DNA of 20,324 nt, from contig JAUYKZ010000016.1 in the NCBI GenBank assembly GCA_030704845.1, positions 1 to 20,324 on the forward strand, given 5' to 3'. Below are positions 1 through 8,407 of the stretch, one piece after another. A program made the translations under genes and the position numbers. Each line of letters opens with the position of its first letter. Within the stretch, counting starts at the first letter, position 1. The notes beneath the pieces were generated by a model, which did no database searches, had not been told where the DNA came from, and saw nothing but the letters and a program-made list of their open reading frames with translations. This stretch comes from an archaeon (GTDB lineage: Archaea > Nanobdellota > Nanobdellia > Woesearchaeales > GW2011-AR9).

Positions 1-2
1 CT

Positions 3-293
3 CGACTAATTAGCCAATCTCTAAATGATGATCAGAGAAGATTAGTCGAGCGCGTTTATGGGAAAGGAGATGACTTTGAGAAAGTCAGGGCAATGCTGAC
101 TGAAAGATCAGAGGTTAAGATCAGAGTTTTTGTTCTAAATCCAAATTATGTAAGATCTCATGCTTCTGCTGGAGCAATTGGGCGGGCGTCCTGGTTGTAC
201 TACGGTGGCTTCAACGCTGATGTTTACAACATCAATGATCATGACCGCCTTCGTGGGGTAGTCGATCAATCCGAGCGAGATTTAACTGAATAA
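3..293 (+). CDS. C-terminal part of an unidentified protein, open from the left window edge
   Basis: Frame 3 is open from nt 3 (RLISQSLNDDQRRLVERVYGKGDDFEKVRAMLTERSEVKIRVFVLNPNYVRSHASAGAIGRAS...) to TAA at 291-293. The ATG at 93 is probably internal. No family recognised. Confidence 0.6.
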   Translation, partial: RLISQSLNDDQRRLVERVYGKGDDFEKVRAMLTERSEVKIRVFVLNPNYVRSHASAGAIGRASWLYYGGFNADVYNINDHDRLRGVVDQSERDLTE

Positions 294-323
294 TTTTTAA
301 AGTATCAATTCTTTTAACGAATA

Positions 324-1412
324 ATGATCACAGAACATTCAGCAACAATAGGCGGGGAACTTCCAAAGAAAGATGTAAATGCGAAGATGGAAGTATTTTA
401 TAATCCTGTCATGGTCTCTAACAGAAACATATCGATAGTTCTTCTTAATTCAATTCTTAATAAAAATCTGAAAATGACTCTGCCCTTAGCCGGTTCAGGC
501 ATTCGCGGATTACGTTTTTTAAAAGAATTAAAGAAAGGAAAAATTAAACAGTTAGATTTGAATGATCATAAAGACAATTTTGAAGATGTTTTCAAAAAAA
601 ATATGGCTTTAAGTGAGATTAAACCAACTAAGAAAGTCAACATCTATCAACAAGACGCGTCATTATTTCTTCTAAAACAAGATGGTTATGATTACATTGA
701 TCTTGATCCGTTTGGGACTCCTAATCCGTTCATTGCAGCTGCAGTGGCAAGGATATCTAGGGGAGGGATTATTGCAGTTACTGCAACCGATACTGCAGCT
801 TTAACTGGGACATATCCTAAGGTGACTAAACGGAAATATTGGGCAAGAAATTTAAGAAGTTATTTAATGCATGAAGTAGGATTAAGAATCCTTATCAGGA
901 AAATTCAGTTGCAAGGAATGCAGTTTGATAAAGCCTTTCAACCAATTCTAGCTTACCATAAAGATCATTATTTCAGAATTTATTTCCGTTCTGAGAAAGG
1001 TAAGGAGAAGTGTGACGAGATTATTAAACATCATAAATATCTGTTATTTAATGAGAACACTGGGGAATATAAAATCTCGGAGTATAACCAAGAAGATAAT
1101 TTTATTCATCTTGGCCCATTATGGGTTGGTGAATTAGCTGATCGAAAATTACTTCAGAAAATGGTTAGAATCAATCCGTTCTCCGAAGAAAAGAAATTTT
1201 TAGAATTACTTCTTGAAGAATCATCAAATAACAAAGTTGGTTTCTATGATTTACATGTGGTTGGTAAGAAAAATAATATCCGTCCGCCAAGAATGGAAGG
1301 ATTATTAAAAAAATTAAAAGGGGTACACACCCATTTTTCTCCGACAGGAATAAAAACTAAAGAATCTTTCCAGAAAGTATTACAGGTAATGAAAGATGAA
1401 GAAAGAGACTGA
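324..1412 (+). CDS. trm1: tRNA (guanine(26)-N2)-dimethyltransferase Trm1
   Basis: N-terminal '[35 protein letters not shown]', SAM-site '[13 protein letters not shown]', catalytic '[12 protein letters not shown]', '[16 protein letters not shown]', 'HEVGLRILI', and '[14 protein letters not shown]'. All are characteristic of archaeal Trm1. Confidence 0.95.
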   Translation: MITEHSATIGGELPKKDVNAKMEVFYNPVMVSNRNISIVLLNSILNKNLKMTLPLAGSGIRGLRFLKELKKGKIKQLDLNDHKDNFEDVFKKNMALSEIKPTKKVNIYQQDASLFLLKQDGYDYIDLDPFGTPNPFIAAAVARISRGGIIAVTATDTAALTGTYPKVTKRKYWARNLRSYLMHEVGLRILIRKIQLQGMQFDKAFQPILAYHKDHYFRIYFRSEKGKEKCDEIIKHHKYLLFNENTGEYKISEYNQEDNFIHLGPLWVGELADRKLLQKMVRINPFSEEKKFLELLLEESSNNKVGFYDLHVVGKKNNIRPPRMEGLLKKLKGVHTHFSPTGIKTKESFQKVLQVMKDEERD

Positions 1413-1779
1413 TTGGAAGAAGAAACTAACTAAAGAGCAATATCATATTCTAAGAGAGAAGGGAACGGAACAACCGTTTACAGGAAAATTGTTGCATAAT
1501 AAGGAAACTGGAGTTTATGTTTGTGGCGGATGTGGAGCGAAATTGTTTTCTTCCGAAACTAAATTTGATTCAGGTTGTGGGTGGCCGAGTTTTTATGACC
1601 TTGCTGAGAAAGAGAACGTTGAATTAAAGAAAGATCTCAGTTTAGGCATGGAACGAGTGGAAGTTATCTGTAAAAAATGTGGGGGTCATCTAGGTCATTT
1701 GTTTAACGACGGACCCAAGCCAACTGGACAAAGGTATTGCATTAATTCAGCAGCTTTAGGGTTTAAGAAAAAGAAATAG
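1396..1779 (+). CDS. msrB: Peptide-methionine (R)-S-oxide reductase MsrB
   Basis: Two zinc CxxC motifs (CGGC, CKKC), '[12 protein letters not shown]', '[28 protein letters not shown]'. Overlaps trm1 by 17 nt. Confidence 0.96.
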   Translation: MKKETDWKKKLTKEQYHILREKGTEQPFTGKLLHNKETGVYVCGGCGAKLFSSETKFDSGCGWPSFYDLAEKENVELKKDLSLGMERVEVICKKCGGHLGHLFNDGPKPTGQRYCINSAALGFKKKK

Positions 1780-1790
1780 TTCGATTATAC

Positions 1791-1829
1791 TAAAGTGCCA
1801 AAGCTTTCGAACTTATTTTTGGCACTTTA
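1791..1829. terminator. Perfect 12-bp inverted repeat between convergent genes, possible bidirectional terminator
   Basis: taaagtgccaaa (1791-1802) and tttggcacttta (1818-1829), 15-nt loop, just after the msrB stop. Confidence 0.4.
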
Positions 1830-1836
1830 TATATAT

Positions 1837-1872
1837 AAAATGCGTTAATATATTCGAAATCTAACGCATTTT
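1837..1872. terminator. Perfect 11-bp inverted repeat, second hairpin between convergent genes
   Basis: aaaatgcgtta (1837-1847) and taacgcatttt (1862-1872). It overlaps the stop of the minus-strand ORF ending at 1861. Confidence 0.4.
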
Positions 1873-2115
1873 AGTATATTTCATTCCAGTCGATTGTTTA
1901 TGAATATCTAATCGTTTCTTGGTAATCATTCGGCGCAATTCTACTTTATGTGCAGCTGGAAGTTCGGATGATCCAATTTCTTTTTCTATGATATCTAACA
2001 AAGCTAATTGTTGTCTTAGAACTCTTTTTACTGGTATAAACCATAGAATTTTTCCTTCATCTACATGAGAAATCCTGAACCGGAAATTCTGAATTAATAT
2101 TTCTTCATCATTCAT
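1861..2115 (-). CDS. Small hypothetical protein (84 aa)
   Basis: Intact ORF in a compact minus-strand run with EF-1beta, zinc ribbon and RtcA. No family recognised. Confidence 0.6.
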   Translation of the reverse strand: MNDEEILIQNFRFRISHVDEGKILWFIPVKRVLRQQLALLDIIEKEIGSSELPAAHKVELRRMITKKRLDIHKQSTGMKYTKMR

Positions 2116-2160
2116 AATTACTTAAGAAAAAATAATACTTAATAAGTCTTGTCCTTATTC

Positions 2161-2439
2161 TTAGCCAAGAGCTAAATCCATTTTAGCAATCTCTGCATTT
2201 TGAACGCCTTCGATGTCTGCCATTTTTCCAGCAATAACTTCAAAGTCAGCTCCTTCAAGTTCATACATTGCAAGAACTAAAACTGCTTTTAATCCAAATG
2301 CTATTGGATCTTCTCGACTTTGCATTTCACCGATAGATCCAGCTTCTTTCGCAATCGCTAAGGCTTTCTCCGCGATAGGTCCCAAATCAACCTCAACTGA
2401 TTCAGGCATCAATTTAAATGTAATTACTGCTTTTGCCAT
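2161..2439 (-). CDS. ef1b: Archaeal translation elongation factor aEF-1beta
   Basis: 'ITFKLMPESVEVDL', 'EDPIAFGLKAVLVLAMY' and 'IEGVQNAEIAKMDLALG' match the aEF-1beta architecture (about 90 aa). Confidence 0.93.
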   Translation of the reverse strand: MAKAVITFKLMPESVEVDLGPIAEKALAIAKEAGSIGEMQSREDPIAFGLKAVLVLAMYELEGADFEVIAGKMADIEGVQNAEIAKMDLALG

Positions 2440-2451
2440 TGTAAATAAAAT

Positions 2452-2604
2452 TTAGTTAGGTCCGATGAATCCGCAACCAGGACAGGTATACTTAATTGCA
2501 TTTTTACGTGCATAGGAGCTTCTAACAATTTCATTTTTGCCACATTGAGGGCAAGCAAATATAACTGCTCCAGAATCGTTATCGATTTTCTTCTTAGTAG
2601 CCAT
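2452..2604 (-). CDS. Small zinc-ribbon RNA-binding/translation-associated protein (50 aa)
   Basis: Manual translation: MATKKKIDNDSGAVIFACPQCGKNEIVRSSYARKNAIKYTCPGCGFIGPN*. Two CPxCG knuckles, adjacent to aEF-1beta as often seen in archaea. Below the 60-aa cutoff of the supplied ORF track. Confidence 0.88.
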   Translation of the reverse strand: MATKKKIDNDSGAVIFACPQCGKNEIVRSSYARKNAIKYTCPGCGFIGPN

Positions 2605-2670
2605 ACAAAATTTTCCTTCCATGGATTGCTGAGAAGAGGGTTTATTTATAAATCTTTTTGTAAAGAAAGC

Positions 2671-3756
2671 CTAGGGTTCGTTCTTTTCAACTAGGATGGT
2701 TCTTTCTGTTATTGTATAGCCTACGGGAAGAAATAATTCAGTTACATAAATATTGGTTTTTGTATGTTGGGAGATTTCTGAAGGAAGAATACTGGAGCCG
2801 GGTAGCAAGGCCATGTATGGTATAAGTTGATCAGCTAGATAATGATCTACGGCAGCTTTTGAACCAATTTCTTTCTGTAGATTTTCTGCGGCTTCCTTGC
2901 CGACATCTTCAGATTTTTTATTTTTTTCAATTAGTGCATCGCCAGCAAGAATTACCGGGTTATCGAAGTCAACAACATTATTTTGACTGAATATTGCCCA
3001 CAGAAGAATTTCTCCACCGACACTCTGGCTGGTGACGTATTCAGTTCTAATATTAATGGGAACTCCATGCGGAGAGAGAATATTCTTTGCTGATGATTCA
3101 ATTCTCATTGCTACCATTTTTTCTTCAAGTTCTCTGGAAAGATTGATTACTCCTCTAACCTGTTCAATTTCTCCTTGTTTTGTAAGATTAATCGCGGCAA
3201 CTTTGAACGGTAATTCATCTAGTAATGAAGAATTAGTTTCAAATCGGGGAGTAATTTCTAGATGAACTTCACCCCCACCTATTGGGAAATATCCTTGTTT
3301 GATAATTTTCAATTCGATTTTTTCAACGAAACGACGTAATTGTGGGAGAAGAACATTTTGTAAATAAGATACTGATGCTTGCCATTTTCCACAAGTTCCA
3401 CCTTTAACTTTAATCGTAATTTTTCCTGATGCGAAAAGACAAGGTAACGTAACCGCTTGTAATAACAATGAAATACTTCCAGCCGTACCAATATCACATT
3501 CATAAATTCCTCTTTTAATTTTTCCAGGTTTGAAATGAAGTTCAGTTGTCCCTAAAGAGATTTCATTAGTTTCTGCGTTCGACATCTTTTTTAGAAGATT
3601 AATCGCAGTAAGGTGTTGAGCTTTCAGCCCAGGATTAGGTCTGCCAGCCCTGATATTGGTTACTTGAAATTCTTTTCCGGTTAATGTGGAAAGAGCGAGA
3701 GCTGTTCTTACTAAAGCTCCTCCGCCTTCAAGATGTGAACCGTCTAAGATAATCAT
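2671..3756 (-). CDS. rtcA: RNA 3'-terminal phosphate cyclase RtcA
   Basis: 'MIILDGSHLEGGGALVRTALALSTLTGKEFQVTNIRAGRPNPGLKAQHL', 'ERGIYECDIGTAGSISLLLQ', 'RGGGEVH'-like 'GYFPIGGGEVHLEI', and 'VDHYLADQLIPYMAL' with the conserved His. Confidence 0.96.
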   Translation of the reverse strand: MIILDGSHLEGGGALVRTALALSTLTGKEFQVTNIRAGRPNPGLKAQHLTAINLLKKMSNAETNEISLGTTELHFKPGKIKRGIYECDIGTAGSISLLLQAVTLPCLFASGKITIKVKGGTCGKWQASVSYLQNVLLPQLRRFVEKIELKIIKQGYFPIGGGEVHLEITPRFETNSSLLDELPFKVAAINLTKQGEIEQVRGVINLSRELEEKMVAMRIESSAKNILSPHGVPINIRTEYVTSQSVGGEILLWAIFSQNNVVDFDNPVILAGDALIEKNKKSEDVGKEAAENLQKEIGSKAAVDHYLADQLIPYMALLPGSSILPSEISQHTKTNIYVTELFLPVGYTITERTILVEKNEP

Positions 3757-3883
3757 GATGGTTCAGAAAGCTGATTGTTTTATTTAATTTACTGTACTAT
3801 TGATGATTATAAATTAAAATCTTAAGATAATTTGAGATATTCCTAGAAACTTTAATAAAACACCTCTTGTTCTGAACGATTGT

Positions 3884-4006
3884 GGGGCTGTAGTATAACT
3901 TGGCAGAATAGGGGCCTCCAGTAATGGAAGGTTGAGCATAACAGCAATGACAATACCTTTTCCCTGTGGTAAGCCTTAGATCAGGGTTCAAATCCCTGCA
4001 GCCCCA
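3884..4006 (+). tRNA. tRNA-Trp (anticodon CCA) with an intron of about 50 nt at 37/38
   Basis: Acceptor GGGGCTG (3884-3890) pairs with CAGCCCC plus discriminator A (3999-4006). Anticodon stem GGGGC pairs with GCCTT (3973-3977, two G-U). Loop is CTCCAG|A. T arm is CAGGG TTCAAAT CCCTG. Intron is approximately 3922-3971. Spliced length is 73 nt. A T-run follows. The D stem is weak, so I cannot call it strong on pairing alone. Confidence 0.87.
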
Positions 4007-4031
4007 CTTTTTCTAAACGTGTTCTCTAAAC

Positions 4032-4039
4032 ATATATAA
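4032..4039 (+). promoter_or_regulatory. Archaeal box A (TATA) of the permease gene, leaderless spacing
   Basis: ATATATAA centred about 26-27 nt upstream of ATG 4063. Confidence 0.5.
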
Positions 4040-4062
4040 ACTCCAAGAAATTTATTATCGTC

Positions 4063-5226
4063 ATGAAAAAAGGGGTTTTTGCTAATCCAACAATCTTTGC
4101 TGCGACAACTCTTACTGGAACAATCATCGGGGCAGGGATTCTTGGTATTCCGTATACTTTAGCAAAAGCCGGATTTCTTTATGGTTTGCTGGTGATTATC
4201 GCTATCGGTCTAGCTTTTATTTTACTAAATCTTTTCATGGGAGAAGTCGTCCTTAGAACAAATAAATTACATCAATTAACTGGTTATGCAGAACTTTACT
4301 TAGGTAAATGGGGTAAAAGGATAATGTTCTTTGCGATGATTTTCAGTCTATATGGTGCACTTATTGCGTATGTTATCGGAGAAGGAGCAGTCTTACACAC
4401 TCTATTTGGAGTTGGCGCTCCGTGGATGTTTTCTTTATTGTTTTTTGCGGTGACATCTTTTATTGTTTATCGTGGAGTACATACTGCAAGTATCATGGAG
4501 TTAATCATGATTTCCTTGTTAGTAATTGTTGTAACCATTATCGGGGTATTCTCTTTGGATAAAATTACTTTACAAAATCTTCAAGGCTTTTCATTACGGA
4601 GTTTCTTTCTTCCATACGGAGTAGCTGTATTTGCTTATTCGGGACTTGTAGCAGTACCTGAAATGAGAGAAGTTCTTGGAAAAAATGTCAAAAAGATGAG
4701 GAAAGCTATAATCATTGGTTCAAGTATTCCTGTAATTATTTATGTTCTCTTCTCTCTAATTGTGGTGGGGGTAGTGGGAGCTAGCAATTTCGAATTATTA
4801 CAATCTAACGATAGAATTGCTACGGTGGCTTTAAGTCTTTATGCTCATCCAATTATGGGTGGATTAGCTAACATTCTTGCTTTTTTATCCATGTTTACTT
4901 CTTTTCTTACAATTGCCTTAGCCCTAGTTTGGATGTACCATTATGATTATGGGATTTCAAGAAGCTTATCTCTTGGATTAACTTTAATTCTGCCTTTAAT
5001 TGTTGGTTTGCTAAATATTGCTTCATTTATCCAAGTTTTAGGCGTAACTGGGGCAATTGCGGGCGGAATACAATCCGGTTTTGCCGTTTTAATGTTCTGG
5101 TTGGCCAAGAAAAAAGGAACCAGGAAACCAGAATATACCCTCGGGAATCATTATCTCCTGGGAGGAATTTTTATTCTCTTATTTTTGTTTGGAGTTTTCT
5201 TCGAAATATTTGGCGGAATGCTTTAA
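4063..5226 (+). CDS. Aromatic amino acid permease-like transporter (HAAAP/APC superfamily)
   Basis: 'TLTGTIIGAGILGIPYTLAKAGFLYGLL' helix 1 signature and about 11 hydrophobic segments. The overall pattern resembles TyrP/Mtr-type permeases. Substrate not determined. Confidence 0.8.
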   Translation: MKKGVFANPTIFAATTLTGTIIGAGILGIPYTLAKAGFLYGLLVIIAIGLAFILLNLFMGEVVLRTNKLHQLTGYAELYLGKWGKRIMFFAMIFSLYGALIAYVIGEGAVLHTLFGVGAPWMFSLLFFAVTSFIVYRGVHTASIMELIMISLLVIVVTIIGVFSLDKITLQNLQGFSLRSFFLPYGVAVFAYSGLVAVPEMREVLGKNVKKMRKAIIIGSSIPVIIYVLFSLIVVGVVGASNFELLQSNDRIATVALSLYAHPIMGGLANILAFLSMFTSFLTIALALVWMYHYDYGISRSLSLGLTLILPLIVGLLNIASFIQVLGVTGAIAGGIQSGFAVLMFWLAKKKGTRKPEYTLGNHYLLGGIFILLFLFGVFFEIFGGML

Positions 5227-5257
5227 AACTACTACTTAGTAACAAATGCCCAAAAGC

Positions 5258-5265
5258 TTTATAAA
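5258..5265 (+). promoter_or_regulatory. Box A (TTTATAAA) of the surface-protein gene at 5317
   Basis: TTTATAAA followed by a short leader with SD-like GAGGT (5304-5308) before ATG 5317. Confidence 0.55.
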
Positions 5266-5316
5266 TAGGCACTATTCTTAACACTTTAAGTAAAATTTAC
5301 TAAGAGGTAAATCAAA

Positions 5317-6495
5317 ATGAATACTATAAAATACATATTACAAGTTGTTCTAATGAATGCTCCTGCCCAAGCGCAGGAAGAAATGATTTTTGAACCAGTT
5401 GATGCTTTTGCTATTTCAAATACAGTTAAAGAAGCTAATGATGCTTTAAAAGCATTAAAAGCAGCTAATGCTGTTAGTAGAGAGAAAGCAAAAAAAGTTG
5501 TTCCAGTAGCTTCAGTTGTTTCAACTCCAGCAAAGAAACAAAAAATAAATCTTACGGCTGGCGAATCTAAAAGAGATAATTCTAATGATGTTCTAAGAGA
5601 CGATATAACTGGCGTTATTAACGATCTCCAATTTGCAAGAAATGGGGTTGTTGAACTTTATAGAAATGGTCAAATTCATCAACAAGCATATGATTCACTT
5701 TTAAAATCTGTAACCATAGCTCATGATGGACTTTCAAAATTATATTCAACAAGAGTTTTTGCAAGAGCAGTTGAATCTGAAAGATTTTCTATTGAAAAAT
5801 TATTTTATGAAGCAAGAATTGCTTGTATTGATTTAGCTTTTGCATTAACTGACAAGGCTAATGGAAAGCAAGTAAAAGATCTATCTTCAATTGAAGATGT
5901 ATGTGCTGAAAAAGTTGCTGTTTATGAAGCAGCAAAAGAAAAACTTTCTGAAAGAATGAGTTCTCAAAATGTCGCAGCTAATGCTTTCAATGAAAGAGAT
6001 ATTTTCTCAGGCGCAGTAGAAGCTGGGACTGATACCGATAACCAAGTTTATGTTGGATTTGTGGGTGGTTGGAATCTTGCAAAAGCAGGAATGGAAAAAC
6101 TTGAAATTCTTGTTGGCGGAAGGGTTTATACTAATGGAACTGGAGACAATTCTCATAAAACAGTTACTCAAGGAAATCCGGATGGGTCTTCAAGTAAACT
6201 TGAACGAGATGTTATCGCAACTAACATTGACTTAACTGGTGATTTAAGAGTGCGATATGTTCTAGGAAATGATAATGGTTTCCATTATGCTCCAGTAACT
6301 GGAGTACGTGGTCATGTTAACTTATCTAACGAAGAAATTAATGCAAAAAGTTCATTCACAACTCCTAACGGAGATGTAACTTTAATTCCTCTTAACCCTG
6401 AAGAAAATTCAACAGTTCAAACTGGCGCTGGATTTTTCCTAGGCGTTGATGGTTGTTACAGTAGAATTTGTGTAACCCCGGAATTCGAATTGTAA
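5317..6495 (+). CDS. Secreted protein with helical N-terminal half and beta-barrel-like C-terminal half, ORF interrupted by an in-frame TAA before its natural-looking end
   Basis: Signal-like N terminus (YILQVVLMNAPAQAQ^EE). Alternating, Gly/aromatic-rich strands from about residue 228 onward (VYVGFVGGWNLAKAG..., LEILVGGRVYTNG, LRVRYVLG, GAGFFLGVDGCYSRICVTPEFEL). TAA at 6493-6495, then the same frame continues RGGKDIKAGAGLKYQF* to 6546. Confidence 0.65.
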   Translation: MNTIKYILQVVLMNAPAQAQEEMIFEPVDAFAISNTVKEANDALKALKAANAVSREKAKKVVPVASVVSTPAKKQKINLTAGESKRDNSNDVLRDDITGVINDLQFARNGVVELYRNGQIHQQAYDSLLKSVTIAHDGLSKLYSTRVFARAVESERFSIEKLFYEARIACIDLAFALTDKANGKQVKDLSSIEDVCAEKVAVYEAAKEKLSERMSSQNVAANAFNERDIFSGAVEAGTDTDNQVYVGFVGGWNLAKAGMEKLEILVGGRVYTNGTGDNSHKTVTQGNPDGSSSKLERDVIATNIDLTGDLRVRYVLGNDNGFHYAPVTGVRGHVNLSNEEINAKSSFTTPNGDVTLIPLNPEENSTVQTGAGFFLGVDGCYSRICVTPEFEL

Positions 6496-6579
6496 AGGGG
6501 CGGCAAAGACATCAAAGCAGGTGCTGGTCTCAAATATCAATTTTGAGATTTTCAAACATTTACTTAAGGTAACAATACA

Positions 6580-8274
6580 ATGATTCAAAAAAAAATAATT
6601 GCTTGGGGATTTATTCTCCTACTTGTATTTTCAGCATTACCATTAGCTTTTGCTCAATCACAAGCATTAACACTTAATACCTACTGGAATGGTGAAGTAG
6701 TCCAAAAAGTAGTTGAACAAGGACAATTTGCTGAATTTTCAGTAAGTATAATCAGTCAAAGTCAATCAAGATTATCCGTAAATATATTACGTAGCGGAAG
6801 GATTGTTCAAAGAATAAGAAATGGACAAATTATACCTACCGGACTAAATAATCCGTTTTATTTTACTACTGTTCAGATTGGTACTAATAACATGGCAGGA
6901 GATTATGTTATCGAAGTGATTGCAGCAAATAATCAAGGATCAGAAAGAGAAACTCTGGCTTTAAGCGTGCAAAGAGATGAGCCAGTTAATAACAATAATA
7001 ACTTTGTGGATAACGGAGATTCTCGTGATTTCAGCGGTGAAGAAAATAATTGGCAAGATTCTGTTCATGGTGAATCATATAACAATCCAAGATTTAATCC
7101 ATCTTCACAAGTAGATTTAGGGATTAATAATAAGATAATTGGTTTCGGACAAGGAATTCAAGTAGATCGAAACGATGATGCAATGGTTCAACCTAACGCT
7201 AATCCCGATCCAAGAGTTGTTCCAAATGCTGGCGAGATCGATTTTAATGTGAATGACATCGTTCCACTGCAGGGAGGTTTACGAGGTTTAATCCCATCAA
7301 ATAATAATCCAATAGATGAGGGCGTGGGAGAACGTATTATTCCACCGGAAGATGAAGCCGTTGGAACCAATCCACTTAACGATCAAGAACCAGTTTATGT
7401 TCCAACTATAGCTGGGCAGGATCCAGTTAATGATCAAGAACCGCAAAATGATTACTTTGGTGAAGAAGAAGCAGGCGAAGATCCAGTTAATGATTTAGAA
7501 AATACAGCTCCAGTTCTTACAACTCCTGCTGTTCTCCATGTGGAAGAAGGTCAAACAATTACTTTCCAAGTTGAAGTATTTGACGCAGATGGCGATTCAG
7601 TAAAAGTAATCGCTCATGAAAATTGCGGAGAAGATCTTGGATGTTTATTTGGTAGAATGGTTAGTTTACTATTAGGATTAGATTACCTTCCAGATAATGC
7701 ATCCTATAATGATGCAACCAGAACTTTCACTTACACCCCTGGGTTTGATACCGTAGAATTATTTGGTGGCCAGGAAGATGTAGAATTCCAATTCATTGGA
7801 TATGATGGTCAGGATTACTCTCAATGGGCTATGGCACATATTATAGTACATGATCGAAGACATTTTAATCCACAACCAATACCCCCAGAATTCTTACCAG
7901 AAGATCCAGTAATTCCAGAAGTTCCCGAACAACCAGAACAACCGGAAGAAACAGGAGATAGGGTTGGCGCGGTAATTGCTAGCGCTCATGTAAGTAACAT
8001 GGTTATGGTTGGGGACACAGTACAAGTCTCAGTTAATGTTGACAATAATGGCGATGTAGATATGGAAGATCTAAGGGTAAGAGTAATTATACCCGATTTA
8101 GGTATAAGTGCTTCCACAAGCACTTTTGATCTAAACGCTGGTATGAATAAACAAAAAACATTGGGGCTCCCAATACCTGTTCAAGCCAGACAAGGATTAT
8201 ACCTTATTCGGATTGTTATAGAGAATGGGGACTTCCATGAGACCGCCCATAGATACGTAACCATTGTTAGATAG
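6580..8274 (+). CDS. Secreted, S-layer/adhesin-like surface protein with acidic linker repeats and Ig/cadherin-like plus CARDB-like beta domains
   Basis: Signal peptide 'MIQKKIIAWGFILLLVFSALPLAFA'. 'PAVLHVEEGQTITFQVEVFDADGDSVKV...TYTPGFD' is cadherin/Ig-like. C-terminal domain 'VNVDNNGDVDMEDLRVRVIIPDLGIS' is CARDB-like. Confidence 0.75.
   Translation: MIQKKIIAWGFILLLVFSALPLAFAQSQALTLNTYWNGEVVQKVVEQGQFAEFSVSIISQSQSRLSVNILRSGRIVQRIRNGQIIPTGLNNPFYFTTVQIGTNNMAGDYVIEVIAANNQGSERETLALSVQRDEPVNNNNNFVDNGDSRDFSGEENNWQDSVHGESYNNPRFNPSSQVDLGINNKIIGFGQGIQVDRNDDAMVQPNANPDPRVVPNAGEIDFNVNDIVPLQGGLRGLIPSNNNPIDEGVGERIIPPEDEAVGTNPLNDQEPVYVPTIAGQDPVNDQEPQNDYFGEEEAGEDPVNDLENTAPVLTTPAVLHVEEGQTITFQVEVFDADGDSVKVIAHENCGEDLGCLFGRMVSLLLGLDYLPDNASYNDATRTFTYTPGFDTVELFGGQEDVEFQFIGYDGQDYSQWAMAHIIVHDRRHFNPQPIPPEFLPEDPVIPEVPEQPEQPEETGDRVGAVIASAHVSNMVMVGDTVQVSVNVDNNGDVDMEDLRVRVIIPDLGISASTSTFDLNAGMNKQKTLGLPIPVQARQGLYLIRIVIENGDFHETAHRYVTIVR
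7369..7503 (+). repeat. Three degenerate copies of an acidic octapeptide (NPLNDQEP / DPVNDQEP / DPVNDLEN) in a linker
   Basis: Copies at 7369-7392, 7420-7443 and 7480-7503. The second and third share the nucleotide string 'gatccagttaatgat'. Confidence 0.7.
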
Positions 8275-8317
8275 GGGCTACGTGTAGCTACTCTAGAATA
8301 CTAAAACGTTCGAAAGG

Positions 8318-8325
8318 TTTAAATA
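8318..8325 (+). promoter_or_regulatory. Strong-looking BRE/box A (CGAAAGG TTTAAATA) for the S-layer-like gene
   Basis: Purine-rich BRE directly upstream of TTTAAATA, with a predicted leader of about 60 nt ending in SD GGAGG (8393-8397). Confidence 0.55.
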
Positions 8326-8407
8326 ATACGGACCGTTTTTAAGGATGAAAGTGGGCATTATGCCTTACGCTCTTTAACTAACAACAAGGTTTGGAGGAAG
8401 ATAAAAA

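Noticed and set aside
3032-3503. ORFs 3032-3265 and 3309-3503 inside rtcA.
   Set aside because: Shadow frames of a confidently identified gene.
3922-3971. Whether the tRNA-Trp intron carries a C/D box guide RNA, as in many euryarchaea.
   Set aside because: At about 50 nt, with no recognisable RUGAUGA/CUGA pairs, it is too short and lacks the boxes.
3797-3991. 64-aa minus-strand ORF.
   Set aside because: It lies across the tRNA-Trp gene on the opposite strand.
6050-6235. 61-aa ORF inside the 5317 gene, considered as evidence of a programmed frameshift.
   Set aside because: The main frame is continuous through this region and the alternative peptide has no recognisable features.
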